A model generated the notes under the pieces. The model did not search any database. It was given only the letters and a program-made list of their open reading frames with translations, and was not told the DNA's origin. DNA of 64,000 nucleotides from Eledone cirrhosa (taxonomy: Eukaryota), in NCBI GenBank assembly GCA_964016885.1, contig OZ024766.1:4154001-4218000 (forward strand). Reading direction: 5' to 3'. How positions within the stretch are numbered: the stretch's first letter is position 1; each line of letters opens with the position of its first letter. The position numbers and the translations under genes are program-made. Shown here in pieces: positions 36,189 through 48,514 of the stretch.

Positions 36189-36635
36189 TTATATATATAT
36201 ATAATGTGTATCATTTGATATTTAATATATACTATTATATCATCTCTCTCCTCACCACCACCCCCCCGTGAGGCCTCACCACCCTCCTGGACCTTCTCAA
36301 CGGCCCCCCGCTGGGAGCAGCAGCACCTACTTTGAGAACCCCTGGCTTACATTAACAAGCATATTTATTCGGAAGTGGCCAGTCCAACTGATAGCACCTA
36401 GACAGCTTCCATATCAAATATCTTCTATTCTTTTCTCTGGGTTTTTATGACCCTAGCCCTAACCCTAACCATAACCCCGACTCTGACCCTGACCCATCTC
36501 CAAACACTCTGCCTGAAATGTGATATTTAGTATATCACATGTTCAGCCCAGTGATGGTCGCTCTCCTATATGACTACACTTAAGTATAGTGACTTGTTGA
36601 AGATAATACTATACCTCAGATATCACGATGTGAGG

Positions 36636-36772
36636 CTAACAGTTCCTCCTCCCCTCTCTAACAGTTCCTCTTACCCCTCTCTAACAGTTCTTCCTCCCCC
36701 TCTCTAACAGTTCTTCTTACCCCTCTCTAACAGTTCCTCCTCCCCTCTCTAACAGTTTATCCCCCTCCTCTC
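36636..36772. repeat. 22-bp minisatellite
   Basis: Unit ctaacagttcctcctcccctct. Confidence 0.85.
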
Positions 36773-36858
36773 TCCTGTATAAATATTATACATTTATGAT
36801 TTGTTAGGTTACCTAACTGAGAGAATGATTTACCACAGATATCACAGGGGTTTGGCTT

Positions 36859-38640
36859 CTATCCAGTGTGAACATGTTTGTGAGTAGTGAGGTTACTCTT
36901 TCCAGTGAATGATTTACCACAGATATCACAGTGATATGGCTTCTCTCCAGTATGAATATGTATGTGTCTAGTTAGACTGCCAGATCCAGTGAATGATTTA
37001 CCACAGATATCACATTGATACGGCTTCTCTCCAGTGTGAACACGTTTGTGTACAGTTAGGTTTCTATTAAGAGTAAATGATTTACCACAGATATCACAGT
37101 GATATGGTCTTTCTCCTGTGTGAACACGTTTGTGTACAGTTAGGTTACTAATATCAGTAAATGATTTACCACAGATACCACATTGAAACGGCTTTTCTCC
37201 AGTATGGACACGTTTGTGTACAGTTAGGTTACTAATATCGGTAAATGATTTACCACAGATATCACAATGATATGGTTTCTCTCCAGTGTGAATGCATGTG
37301 TGTCTAGTTAAGCTACCATTTTTTGAGAATGATTTATCACAGATATTACAGTGGTATGGCTTTTCTCCTGTGTGAATATGTTTGTGTACAGTTAGGTTAT
37401 CATTCCCAGAGAATGATTTACCACAGATATCACAGTGGTATGGCTTCTCTCCTGTATGAACACGTTTGTGGGTAATGAGGTTACTCTTTACAGAGAATGA
37501 TTTACCACAGATATCACAGTGATATGGCCGCTCCCCTGTGTGGGTACGTTTGTGAATAGTTAATCTAGAACGCCCAGAAAATGATTTACCACATATTTCA
37601 CAGTGATATGGCTTCTCTCCTGTGTGAATACGTCTGTGTGTAATTAGTGTATCATTAGTAGAAAAGGATTTACAACAGATATCACATTGGTATGGCTTCT
37701 CTCCAGTGTGTACACGTTTGTGAGTTTTTAACATACCAGTCCGAGAGAATGATTTACCACAGATATCACAGTGATATGGCTTCTCTCCAGTATGAATAAG
37801 TATGTGTGTAGTTAGACTGCCAGATTCAGTGAATGATTTACCACAGATATCACAGTGATATGGCTTCTCTCCAGTATGAACATGTTTATGTGTAGTTAGA
37901 CTGCCAGATCCAGTGAATGATTTACCACAGATACCACATTGAAACGGCTTTTCTCCAGTATGGACACGTTTGTGTACAGTTAGGTTACTAATATCGGTAA
38001 ATGATTTACCACAGATATCACAGTGATATGGTTTCTCTCCAGTGTGAATGTGTTTGTGTCTAGTCAGGTTATCATTTTTTGAGAATGATTTACCACAGAT
38101 ATCACAGTGGTATGGCTTTTCTCCTGTGTGAACACGTTTGTGTACACTTAGGTTAACATTTTCAGAGAATGATTTACCACAGATATCACAGTGGTATGGC
38201 TTCTCTCCAGTGTGAACACGTTTGTGAATAGTTAGCTTATCATTAGCAAAGAATGATTTACCACAGATATCACAGTGATATGGCTTTTCCCTTGTGTGAA
38301 TATATTTGTGAATAGTTAATCTAGAACGCCCAGAATATGATTTACCACATATTTCACAGTGATATGGTTTCTCTCCTGTGTGAATACGTTTGTGTATAAT
38401 TAGTGTATCATTAGTAGAAAAGGATTTACAACAGATATCACATTGGTATGGTTTCTCTCCAGTGTGTACACGTTTGTGAGTTTTTAACATACCAGTCCGA
38501 GAGAATGATTTACCACAGATATCACAGTGATATGGCTTCTCTCCAGTATGAATATGCTTGTGAGTAGTGAGGTTACTCTTTACAGAGAATGACTCACCAC
38601 AGATGTTACAATGGTATGAGCATTTTCTTGTATTTGACAT
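36859..38640 (-). CDS. C2H2 zinc-finger protein, 593 aa, 21 tandem fingers, no effector domain
   Basis: Uninterrupted ORF of YHCDICGKSF..H..HTGEKP repeats. Confidence 0.93.
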   Translation of the reverse strand: MSNTRKCSYHCNICGESFSVKSNLTTHKHIHTGEKPYHCDICGKSFSRTGMLKTHKRVHTGEKPYQCDICCKSFSTNDTLIIHKRIHTGEKPYHCEICGKSYSGRSRLTIHKYIHTREKPYHCDICGKSFFANDKLTIHKRVHTGEKPYHCDICGKSFSENVNLSVHKRVHTGEKPYHCDICGKSFSKNDNLTRHKHIHTGEKPYHCDICGKSFTDISNLTVHKRVHTGEKPFQCGICGKSFTGSGSLTTHKHVHTGEKPYHCDICGKSFTESGSLTTHILIHTGEKPYHCDICGKSFSRTGMLKTHKRVHTGEKPYQCDICCKSFSTNDTLITHRRIHTGEKPYHCEICGKSFSGRSRLTIHKRTHTGERPYHCDICGKSFSVKSNLITHKRVHTGEKPYHCDICGKSFSGNDNLTVHKHIHTGEKPYHCNICDKSFSKNGSLTRHTCIHTGEKPYHCDICGKSFTDISNLTVHKRVHTGEKPFQCGICGKSFTDISNLTVHKRVHTGERPYHCDICGKSFTLNRNLTVHKRVHTGEKPYQCDICGKSFTGSGSLTRHIHIHTGEKPYHCDICGKSFTGKSNLTTHKHVHTG

Positions 38641-38665
38641 TTTCTCGAGACAAAAAAAGCCCAGC

Positions 38666-39161
38666 TTAACCCTTTAGCATTTAAACTGAACGTATCCGGT
38701 CAGAATTCTCTTATCTCTTTCTGTTCAAACCGGCCATAACTGGCTGCTCATACTTATGTTAAGTTATTGTTTTCAAAATAAATAATATCAAAATCTCATA
38801 GATTTGATATTATGTAAGATAAAGCCTTTACCATGAAAATACAATAGTATATATGTAAATGTTATGTGAGGTATTATGTGAGGTAAAGCCTTTACTGTGA
38901 AAATACAATAGTATATATAGAGTAATGTAAATGTTATGTGAGATATGATGTGAGGTAAAGCCTTTACTGTGAAAATACAATAGTATATATAGAGTAATGT
39001 AAATGTTATGTGAGATATTATGTGAGGTAAAGCCTCTACTGTGAAAATACAATAGTATATATAGAGTAATGTAAATGTTATGTGAGATATTATGTGAGGT
39101 AAAGCCTTTACCGTGAAAATACAATAGTAAATATACAGTAATGTAAATGCTAAAGGGTTAA
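38666..39161 (-). mobile_element. Complete piggyBac-type MITE with 72-bp units
   Basis: TTAA|CCCTTTAGCATTTA ... TAAATGCTAAAGGG|TTAA; perfect 14-bp TIRs. Confidence 0.88.
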
Positions 39162-40039
39162 ATAGAATGTTTTTTCCACTGTGTCTAACAACACAGTATT
39201 TTCTTGTGTATAATATAAGAAATATTGAAAGAAAAGGGGAATGGAAAGGTTGTCTTATACACGAGTACACCTTTTCAGGAATTTTTTCCGAGCTTGAAAA
39301 TCAACCAATCAATGAAGTTCTTCTGTGACACTAGATGTTTGATTGCGTGTCCAATTTAGTTAAGAATTAACCAGCATACAGAACAATCTTGAAGACATTC
39401 ATTTAACCTCTTCAGTGCCGTAGACGAGATAACGCTTCAAAACATGTTTGAACTATTTTCCAACAGGTCATAACTTCAAAGCTAGATGGGGTTACTAGTT
39501 TATTGATGTGATGTTTGTCGATCATTCAGATATCTGTTGTTAATAAATGTTTGTTTAAAAAACACGGCACAGCAACTGTAGCTGTGTAAAATATATGCAG
39601 CAGTCAACAGGTTAAGTGAAGTAGAGAAACGTTATTAATCTCAGTTCGGATGAAATATAGATTTATATAAACAGGTTTATATCTGTTCTGAAAAGTATCT
39701 TCCTTTAGTGTTTAAAAGATGCCAAATATTGATGATATCTCTCCACTCAAAACTATTAAGTTCTGCCAATGTCTTGTGATATTCTGAAATAATAAAGAAA
39801 CAGCATGAGATACGGAGCAGACTTAACCTTTATCTCGCTGAATTTTTTGAATTGCTTCCCTTGACATGCATTATGTATCAAGGAGAGATTATTCTATTGG
39901 TGACATAATGTGCCTAGAGTGTGATGAAGGTTAAAATATAGAGATTCCACAATAGAAAGTTTATTATATTTTTATAATGATAATATATGTACTTATAATG
40001 TGAAAATATGTTAACATATACACAATATTATACACCCAT

Positions 40040-40735
40040 ACTGGTAGTGTTGGTGTCATGATAAAATACACCTAGTACACTCTGTAAAGTGGTAGTGTTG
40101 GTGTCATGATAAAATACACCCAGTAGACTCTGTAAAGTGGTAGTGTTGGTGCCATGATAAAATACACCCAGTACACTGTGTAAAGTGGTAGTGTTGGTGT
40201 CATGATAAAATACACCCAGTACACTCTGTAAAGTGGTAGTGTTGGTGTCATGATAAAATACACCCAGTACACTCTGTAAAGTGGTAGTGTTGGTGTCATG
40301 ATAAAATACACCCAGTACACTGTGTAAAGTGGTAGTGTTGGTGTCATGATAAAATACACCCAGTACACTCTGTAAAGTGGTAGTGTTGGTGTCATGATAA
40401 AATACACCCAGTACACTCTGTAAAGTGGTAGTGTTGGTGTCATGATAAAATACACCCAGTACACTCTGTAAAGTGGTAGTGTTGGTGCCAAGATATAATA
40501 CACCCAGTACACTCTGTAAAGTGGTAGTGTTGGTGCCATGATAAAATACACCCAGTAGACTCTGTAAAGTGGTAGTGTTGGTGTCAGATAAAATACATCC
40601 AGTACACTCTGTAAAGTGGTAGTATTGGTGTCATGATAAAATACACACCAGTACACTCTGTAAAGTGGTAGTGTTGGTGTCATGATAAAATACACCCAGT
40701 ACACTCTGTAAAGTGGCAGTGTTGGTGTCATGAAA
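40040..40735 (-). repeat. 48-bp SINE-derived tandem array
   Basis: Reverse complement of the 8775-9105 unit. Confidence 0.9.
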
Positions 40736-41159
40736 CTAAGGGTATCTAGCATCATATATATAGAGAGAGAGAGCGGGAGAGAGGTTTGATTACACAACCA
40801 GGCCATTGAAATATATAGTGTTTTTGCAACAATAAAACTTTAAAGGACATCACCAGTCCAGCCTCCAGTTGTTTTAATCATACCATTATTTAACTCTGTT
40901 CCTGCACACCAACCACAGGATTCAACATCAATGTTAGGTGATTTGCGGAAGGTTGAATGCTTTTCCTATTACATCATGATTAACTAAACATAAATGAATA
41001 TATATATGTATATAATTGAATAAACAAGGGAGATGAACACTAATATAAACATACATGTGTTCGAATCGTAAGGACTAGGTTTGCTAGGGTGAAAAAATAC
41101 TAACTACAGCAATATGGTTTGTCAGACTTAATTTTAAGTAGTAAATTAAGAAAAATAAC

Positions 41160-42445
41160 AGATCTGAGAGTTACAAGAGGTAGAGCTGCTATTTCTCTGG
41201 AAAGAATCTCTGAATTGAGAGATCACAGCTCTGATACTATGGACATGTGGTTAGAATGTCTCAGGAAATAATCTCTGCATTGAGAGATCACAGCTCTGAT
41301 ACTACAGACATGTGGTTAGAATGTCTCAGGAAATAATCTCCGAATTGAGAGATCACAGCTCTGATACTACAGACATGTGGTTAGAATGTCTCAGGAAAGA
41401 ATCTCTGAATTGAGAGATCACAGCTCTGATACTACAGACATGTGGTTAGAATGTCTCAGGAAAGAATCTCTGAATTGAGAGACCACAGCTCTGATACTAC
41501 AGACATGTGGTTAGAATGTCTCAGGAAAGAATCTCTGGATTGAGAGACCACAGCTCTGATACTACAGACATGTGGTTAGAATGTCTCAGGAAATAATCTC
41601 CGAATTGAGAGATCACAGCTCTGATACTACAGACATGTGGTTAGAATGTCTCAGGAAAGAATCTCTGGATTGAGAGATCACAGCTTTGATACTACAGACA
41701 TGTGGTTAGAATGTCTCAGGAAAGAATCTCTGAATTGAGAGATCACAGCTCTGATACTACAGACATGTGGTTAGAATGTCTCAGGAAAGAATCTCTGAAT
41801 TGAGAGACCACAGCTCTGATACTACAGACATGTGGTTAGAATGTCTGAGGAAAGAATCTCTGAATTGAGAGATCACAGCTCTGATACTACAGACATGTGG
41901 TTAGAATGTCTCAGGAAAGAATCTCTGAATTGAGAGACCACAGCTCTGATACTACAGACATGTGGTTAGAATGTCTCAGGAAAGAATCTCTGAATTGAGA
42001 GACCACAGCTCTGATACTACAGACATGTAGTAGGAATGTATAAGGAAAGAATCTCTGGACATATTTGTAGCTCAGAGATCAGAGAGTTACTCGAGGTAGA
42101 GCTGCTATTTCTCTGAATTGAGAGACCACAGCTCCGATACGACGGACATGTCGTTAGAATGTCTCATGAAAGAATCGCAAGACAGATATTACAGGCAAAA
42201 CCAACTGGCAGGACACTGAGGGATAAAACACGAGAAAGATGGTTGGATAACACCCATGAGCTCGACTGTTCTCACTTGGGGATAAAGCCGGATCAGTTGG
42301 AGAAGGTTACATCTGACAGGGTCCGCTGGAAGGAAAGTTTGAGGACTCTGTCCCCACGACCCTTTCAGGAAGAAGAAGCGATTCTCTGATCTCCGAGCTA
42401 GGCACTCTACCGAGTAAGGTTACTCCACAGACCCCGGAGTCTAAT
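41160..42445 (+). mobile_element. RTE LINE fragments with 65-bp tandem array (about 41200-42060)
   Basis: Same unit as 2460-3110; MSHERIARQILQAKPTG..RWLD RTE C-terminus. Confidence 0.8.
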
Positions 42446-42622
42446 AACGGAAACTAGTAAATATTAAAAGTATATATAACCAATAATTACCTCGTCTATA
42501 CCACGTGTTGATATATATTATATACACAGTACATATATATTTATACCGGAGTGTGTGTGTGTATATTTATATATCCAGCGAACCCCCAACCGTCAAGGTT
42601 GTTCTTCGGCGGGTATGTCAAC

Positions 42623-42721
42623 ATTTATAAAACAAATTTTGTATTTTATCTGATGAAAGCGCACCAAAATTTGCCTTGGTTGCCCATGAAATATATATAA
42701 AATAATTATGGCTTTATAAAT
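42623..42721 (+). ncRNA. Family A hammerhead copy, probably defective (3-nt deletion in stem III)
   Basis: CUGAUGA 42650-42656 and GAAA 42688-42691; only 5 nt between GAAA and stem I versus 8 in the intact copies. Confidence 0.55.
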
Positions 42722-42859
42722 ATAGTTTCCATTTATTAATATATTGAATACATATATATATATATATATGTTTATGTTATATATATGAGTGTGTCTGTGT
42801 GTATATATATTCTATATGTGTGTGAGTGTATTTATATTTATATATGAAATAAACTTCGT

Positions 42860-42915
42860 TGTCACTTTCCGGGGGGGTAGACGTAAAATCCGGTCGAGCA
42901 TGCGCAATACTATTA
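42860..42915. promoter_or_regulatory. Candidate ZNF promoter (ETS-like TTCCGG, NRF1-like CATGCGCA), conserved at 52668-52742
   Basis: CpG-containing patch in AT-rich DNA, preserved upstream of both paralogs. Confidence 0.45.
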
Positions 42916-43646
42916 CATTAATTTGTGGAGTAGAACACCAGAAATAGTTTTCAGCACAGACACGTGTATCACTCGAGAGAATTAACTACATGTATGTAGG
43001 AACCTACACACACATTTATATATAAAATTAAAACAGTGAATTGATATAACTGAAGGTGTTTCTGAATGTATTAAATTATGTCAGGGACTTTTAATGTACG
43101 ACACCGGTGTCGTGTAGGGGGAGGAACATTGTCAACAACTCCACGTACCTGCTATCTTAATTATATTTTTTAATTAATCTAATTATATTTTATGTAGTAA
43201 TTATCTCATGTTAAGGTGAAAGTTAATATTCTGTAGATAACATAGAGTGAGCTACATGTTCCAGGGTAGGTGTTCCATCTCCTACATGATTAAATATTTC
43301 ATTTCATAAGAAACTACGCTACATCGTGAATTGGTTGCTCCACATTTTACAGGACAGTGAGAAATAGGTTTAAATCACCAACATCTGAACAATTAGCTTT
43401 CCTGGTCTTTCTTGACTTTACATTTGGACTTGAAATATAAAGTACGTATTATTTGTATTGTTAACACAGCAGATATTGTGTACTTTTCTACACTCCGTTG
43501 TAAACAATCCCGATTTATCAGGACACATATATATATATATACATAGACACAGCACAGCCAAATACACACAGCCATTTTCTTACCCTAATATCAGTCTTAA
43601 ACTGTTATATCTTTCCTGAACTATTAAGAATTATTCAAGACTTACT

Positions 43647-45404
43647 ATGGAGGACGTTAAACCCTTGGACATTTCTACCACACCTCTTTCTACCAATATA
43701 GATACAGTTACACACACATACAGTGGTGAGAAACCTTTACCTAGTGAAACATGTACTGAACAAGGATCATTACAGGCAAATATTCCTGAATATAGCTGTG
43801 AGATTTGTAGAAAAACTTTCTCATCAGAAGATGAATTATCCACACACAAGCACAAACATATTAAAGATAAACCGTTCCACTGTGAAATATGTGGGAAATC
43901 TTTTGATAAAAATTCTCAAATTGTGATCCATATACGTACTCACACTGGAGAGAAACCCTTCCACTGTGAAACATGTGGGAAATCTTTCGTTTGTAATAGC
44001 CATTTAACAAAACACAAAAGTACACACTCTAGAGTAAGACCATATACGTGTGAAGTATGTGGAAAAACTTTCGCCAATAAATCACATCTTGTTTCCCACT
44101 TACGTGTTCATACTGGAGAAAAACCATATCCCTGTGAAATATGTGGGAAGTCTTTTTTTACCAACGGAGATTTAAATAGACACAAAAGAACACACACTGG
44201 TGAGAAACCATATCCCTGTGAAATATGTGGGAAATCCTTTGTGGTTAACAGTGACTTAACAAAACACAAAAAAACACACACGAGAGAGAAAACATTCCAC
44301 TGTGAGATATGTGGGAAGTCTTTTGTTTCTAAGAGTCATCTCACAAACCATACTAGAAGTCACACTGGAGAAAAACCATTTCACTGTGAAATATGTGACA
44401 AATGTTTCGTATATAATAGCGACTTAGCCAAACACAAACGGATACACACAGGGGAGCGTCCTTTCCACTGTGAAATATGTGGGAGGTCGTTTGGTTCAAA
44501 TGGTGTTTTAACAATGCATAAACACAGGCACACGGGTGAGAAACCTTTCCATTGTCAGATTTGTGGCAAATCCTTTGTCTGTAATGGCGATTTAACTACC
44601 CACAAAAGAATACACACAGGGGAGAAACCATTTCATTGTGAAGTATGTGGGAAATCTTTTATTTCGAAGAGCGTTTTAACGACACATACAAGAATACATA
44701 CAGGAGAGAAACCTTTCCATTGCGAAATTTGCGGGAAATCTTTTGTTGCTAACTGTGATCTCACGAAACACATACGTAGACACACTGGAGAGAAACGCTA
44801 CCATTGCGAAACATGTGGGAAAGCATTTATTACTAACTCCCAGCTTGTCATACACAACCGCAGTCATACAGGAGAAAAACCTTTTCATTGTGAAATATGT
44901 GGGAAAGCTTTTATGCATAGAAGTGTCTTAACTGTGCATAAAAGAACACACACTGGAGAGAAGCCTTTTCTCTGCGAAATCTGTGATAAACCTTTCATCT
45001 GTAATAGCGATTTAAATCGTCATATGAGGACACACACTGGAGAGAAGCCATATCATTGTGAAATCTGCGGCAAGGCATTCTCTGATTATTCCAATCTCGT
45101 AGGGCACAGGCGTACACACACTGGAGAGAAACCATATCCTTGTGACATCTGTGGTAAAGCTTTCATGAACAATTCTCATCTTGTCGTCCACAAACGCAGC
45201 CACACTGGGGAGAAGCCCTATGACTGTACTGTCTGTGGGAAATCTTTTTTCGTCAACTCTAACCTTGTCGTGCACAATAGGATACATACAGGAGAAAAAC
45301 CTTTTGACTGTGATGTATGTGGGAAATCTTTTTACACTAACACCCTGTTGAATAGACACCAGCGGACACATGCTATAACCAAGCCCTCGAATTCTGGAAC
45401 ATAA
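43647..45404 (+). CDS. C2H2 zinc-finger protein A, 585 aa, 19 fingers
   Basis: Intact ORF; short N-terminus MEDVKPLDIS.., TGEKP linkers. Confidence 0.94.
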   Translation: MEDVKPLDISTTPLSTNIDTVTHTYSGEKPLPSETCTEQGSLQANIPEYSCEICRKTFSSEDELSTHKHKHIKDKPFHCEICGKSFDKNSQIVIHIRTHTGEKPFHCETCGKSFVCNSHLTKHKSTHSRVRPYTCEVCGKTFANKSHLVSHLRVHTGEKPYPCEICGKSFFTNGDLNRHKRTHTGEKPYPCEICGKSFVVNSDLTKHKKTHTREKTFHCEICGKSFVSKSHLTNHTRSHTGEKPFHCEICDKCFVYNSDLAKHKRIHTGERPFHCEICGRSFGSNGVLTMHKHRHTGEKPFHCQICGKSFVCNGDLTTHKRIHTGEKPFHCEVCGKSFISKSVLTTHTRIHTGEKPFHCEICGKSFVANCDLTKHIRRHTGEKRYHCETCGKAFITNSQLVIHNRSHTGEKPFHCEICGKAFMHRSVLTVHKRTHTGEKPFLCEICDKPFICNSDLNRHMRTHTGEKPYHCEICGKAFSDYSNLVGHRRTHTGEKPYPCDICGKAFMNNSHLVVHKRSHTGEKPYDCTVCGKSFFVNSNLVVHNRIHTGEKPFDCDVCGKSFYTNTLLNRHQRTHAITKPSNSGT

Positions 45405-45589
45405 AATACCCCTTTTCTTACAAATCTAAATCATATTGACCTTGAATACTGGCTGGTTGTTTCTAGTTTTCCTAACATCCAATGTCCATGGCTTGACACT
45501 GAAATATATATAACAGTGACAATGAATAAACAAAGTTAATCTTAACCTGTTGACTTATACTTCCTGTTTATATATATATATATATAGAC

Positions 45590-45705
45590 GTGTGGCCGAT
45601 TGGTTATAGAACTGGATTCGCAATGATGAGGTTGTCAGTTCGATTCCTGGACCGGGTGATGCATTATGTCCTTCCTTGAGCAAGACACTTTATTTCATGT
45701 TGCCC
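45590..45705 (+). mobile_element. Diverged tRNA-derived SINE head
   Basis: TGGCCGATTGGTTATA..GTTCGATTCC..CCTTGAGCAAGACACTTTATTTCA. Confidence 0.65.
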
Positions 45706-45799
45706 CTTCTACCTGGAGTTGCGACTGATAGATAGTATTAGCAATTGGAAAGACCAACGGAAACATTGTTTCCTTGGTCCGATTTGACGAAAGTCAATC

Positions 45800-46890
45800 G
45801 ACTCATCATCATCATCGTTTAACGTCCATATTCCACGCTAGCATGGGTTTGGACGGGAGTTTTCCCACTTGAGGCAAGAGTGGTTGTCCTGCTCGCATAG
45901 GACTGTCTGGCGGGTTTTCTATAGCTGGATGCCCTTCCTAACACCAACCACATTTACAGTGTGGGGCTGGGAGGTTTTTACCGTGTTGCCTACACGGCCA
46001 CATTACAGCGTGGACTGTCTGGCAGGTTTTCTACAGCTGGATGCCCTTCCTAACACCAACCACATTTACAGTGTGGGGCTGGGAGGTTTTTACCGTGTTG
46101 CCTACACGGCCACATTACAGCGTGGACTGTCTGGCGTGTTTTCTACGGCTGGATGCCCTTCCTAACACCAACCACATTTACAGTGTGGGACTGGGAGGTT
46201 TTTACCGTGTTGCCTACACGGCCACATTACAGCATGGACTGTCTGGCGGGTTTTCTACGGCTGGATGCCCTTCCTAACACCAACCACGTTTACAGTGTGG
46301 GGCTGGGAGGTTTTTACCGTGTTACCTACACGGCCACATTACAGCGTGGACTGTCTGGCGGGTTTTCTACGGCTGGATGCCCTTCCTAACACCAACCACA
46401 TTTACAGTGTGGGGCTGGGAGGTTTTTACCGTGTTGCCTACACGGCCACATTACAGCGTGGACTGTCTGGCAGGTTTTCTACAGCTGGATGCCCTTCCTA
46501 ACACCAACCACATTTACAGTGTGGGGCTGGGAGGTTTTTACCGTGTTGCCTACACGGCCACATTACAGCGTGGACTGTCTGGCGTGTTTTCTACGGCTGG
46601 ATGCCCTTCCTAACACCAACCACATTTACAGTGTGGGACTGGGAGGTTTTTACCGTGTTGCCTACACGGCCACATTACAGCATGGACTGTCTGGCGGGTT
46701 TTCTACGGCTGGATGCCCTTCCTAACACGAACCACGTTTACAGTGTGGGGCTGGGAGGTTTTTACCGTGTTACCTACACGGCCACATTACAGCGTGGACT
46801 GTCTGGCGGGTTTTCTACAGCTGGATGCCCTTCCTAACACCAACCACATTTACCGTGTTGCCTACACGGCCACATTACAGCGTGGACTGT
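45800..46890 (-). repeat. SINE 3' part with 112-bp tandem array (about 9 units, 448-bp higher-order period)
   Basis: ORF-track peptides recur every 112 bp; identical variants lie 448 bp apart. Confidence 0.9.
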
Positions 46891-47213
46891 GTTTTTTTTT
46901 TGTCGTGACACCTACACGACCTCATTTGTTTCGGCCTGGATGTTGTGGCACCAACATAACTTTACATTGAAAGGGGCGGTGTGGATGGGGTGGTGGTAGT
47001 GGGACGGGGTGTATTTGTTAGAGGTGCCTACTGACTGTAGTAGGTTTTACTCCTTTATATATATATACTCCGGAGTAAACAAACCAACTTGTGTACCTCA
47101 CCGAGTGCTCTACCATACATACTGAAGTGTCTGTGATTAACGAACACATACTCAAATTAATATTTTGCTCCATACCTTCTTGAGAGCTTCATACAGTGAC
47201 AGGCTAAAGTCAC

Positions 47214-47525
47214 AAAGGATATCACATTATCACACTAGCATTGCTGAAGGATATCACATTACCACACTAGCATTGCTGAAGGATATCACATTACCACATT
47301 AGTATTACTGAAGGATATCACACTAGCATTGCTGAATGATATCACATTACCACACTCGCATTACTGAAGGATATCACATTACCACACTAGTATTACTGAT
47401 ATCACTTTACCACACTACCATTACTGATATCACTTAACCACACTACCATTACTGATATCACTTTACCACACTACCATTACTGATATCACTTTATCACACT
47501 AGTATTACTGATATCACTTTACCAG
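47214..47525. repeat. 28-32-bp minisatellite
   Basis: Unit atatcacattaccacactagcattgctgaagg. Confidence 0.85.
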
Positions 47526-47653
47526 GCAAATTCGAGTACACTAAGTCACATTAAAAGCACGGACTCAATCATCTGAAAGATACGGTGGAGGGTGTTCCAC
47601 TTCAGCCGGGGCAACATCCAATGTCACCAACCCACACAATTTGGAGTATTTGT

Positions 47654-47797
47654 TTAACCCTTTAGCATTTAAACCGGCCATATCCGGCCAGAATTCTCTC
47701 CTCTCTTTCTGTTCAAACTGGTTGCAATAGGCTGCCTATAACATTGTTAAGGTATTGTTCGCAAAATAAATAACATCAGAATCTCATAGATTCGATA
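47654..47797 (-). mobile_element. piggyBac-type MITE fragment (one TIR)
   Basis: TTAACCCTTTAGCATTTAAACCGGCC.. Confidence 0.75.
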
Positions 47798-47799
47798 GT

Positions 47800-48352
47800 C
47801 ATCATCATCATCATCATTTTATTTTACGTCCGCTTTTCCCCTGCTTGCAAGGGTGGGACAGGAACTGATCCTGGCTTGATTTCTACAGCTTGATGCCCTT
47901 CCTAACACCAACCTAATTTACAGTGAGTGCTGGGTGCTTTTTTGCCGTGGCACCTCCACGACCACTTTACAGTGAGTGCTGGGTGCTTTTTTGCCGTGGC
48001 ACCTCCACGACCACTTTACAGTGAGTGCTGGGTGCTTTTTTGCCGTGGCACCTCCACGTCCACTTTACAGTGAGTGCTGGGTGCTTTTTTGCCGTGGCAC
48101 CTCCACGACCACTTTACAGTGAGTGCTGGGTGCTTTTTTGCCATGGCACCTCCACGTCCACTTTACAGTGAGTGCTGGGTGCTTTTTTGCCGTGGCACCT
48201 CCACGACCACTTTGCAGTGGAATGATACGGACCCCAGTCCCTATCATCTCATTTCTACAGCTGAGTAAACTGGAGCAATGTGAAATAAAGTGTCTTGCTC
48301 AAGGAAACAACACATCACCCAGTCTGAGAATTGAACTCACAACCTTTCGATT
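47800..48352 (-). mobile_element. SINE family 1 with internal 49-bp repeats
   Basis: Match to other copies. Confidence 0.85.
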
Positions 48353-48514
48353 GTATATATATTTTAATTTCTTACCCCTTCTACCTTATCAATTTTCATT
48401 AGTAAAATTTAGCTATACATTACTGCTTATTTATCTCCCTTGGTTATTAATTATCTCCCTTAAGCAATGTTGCTTCTGATCAAATTCAATTTTCTGTAAC
48501 CACTCCTGAATAGA

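Noticed and set aside
36451-36495. Telomere-like (CCCTAA)n
   Set aside because: Only two perfect units; too short to call an interstitial telomere.
39162-39300. Open frame that would join the minus-strand ZNF if the MITE were removed
   Set aside because: No ATG before an upstream TGA and no recognisable domain; treated as 5' UTR.
45900-46890. CRISPR-like regular arrays here and elsewhere
   Set aside because: Units repeat in full with no unique spacers; eukaryotic context, no cas genes.
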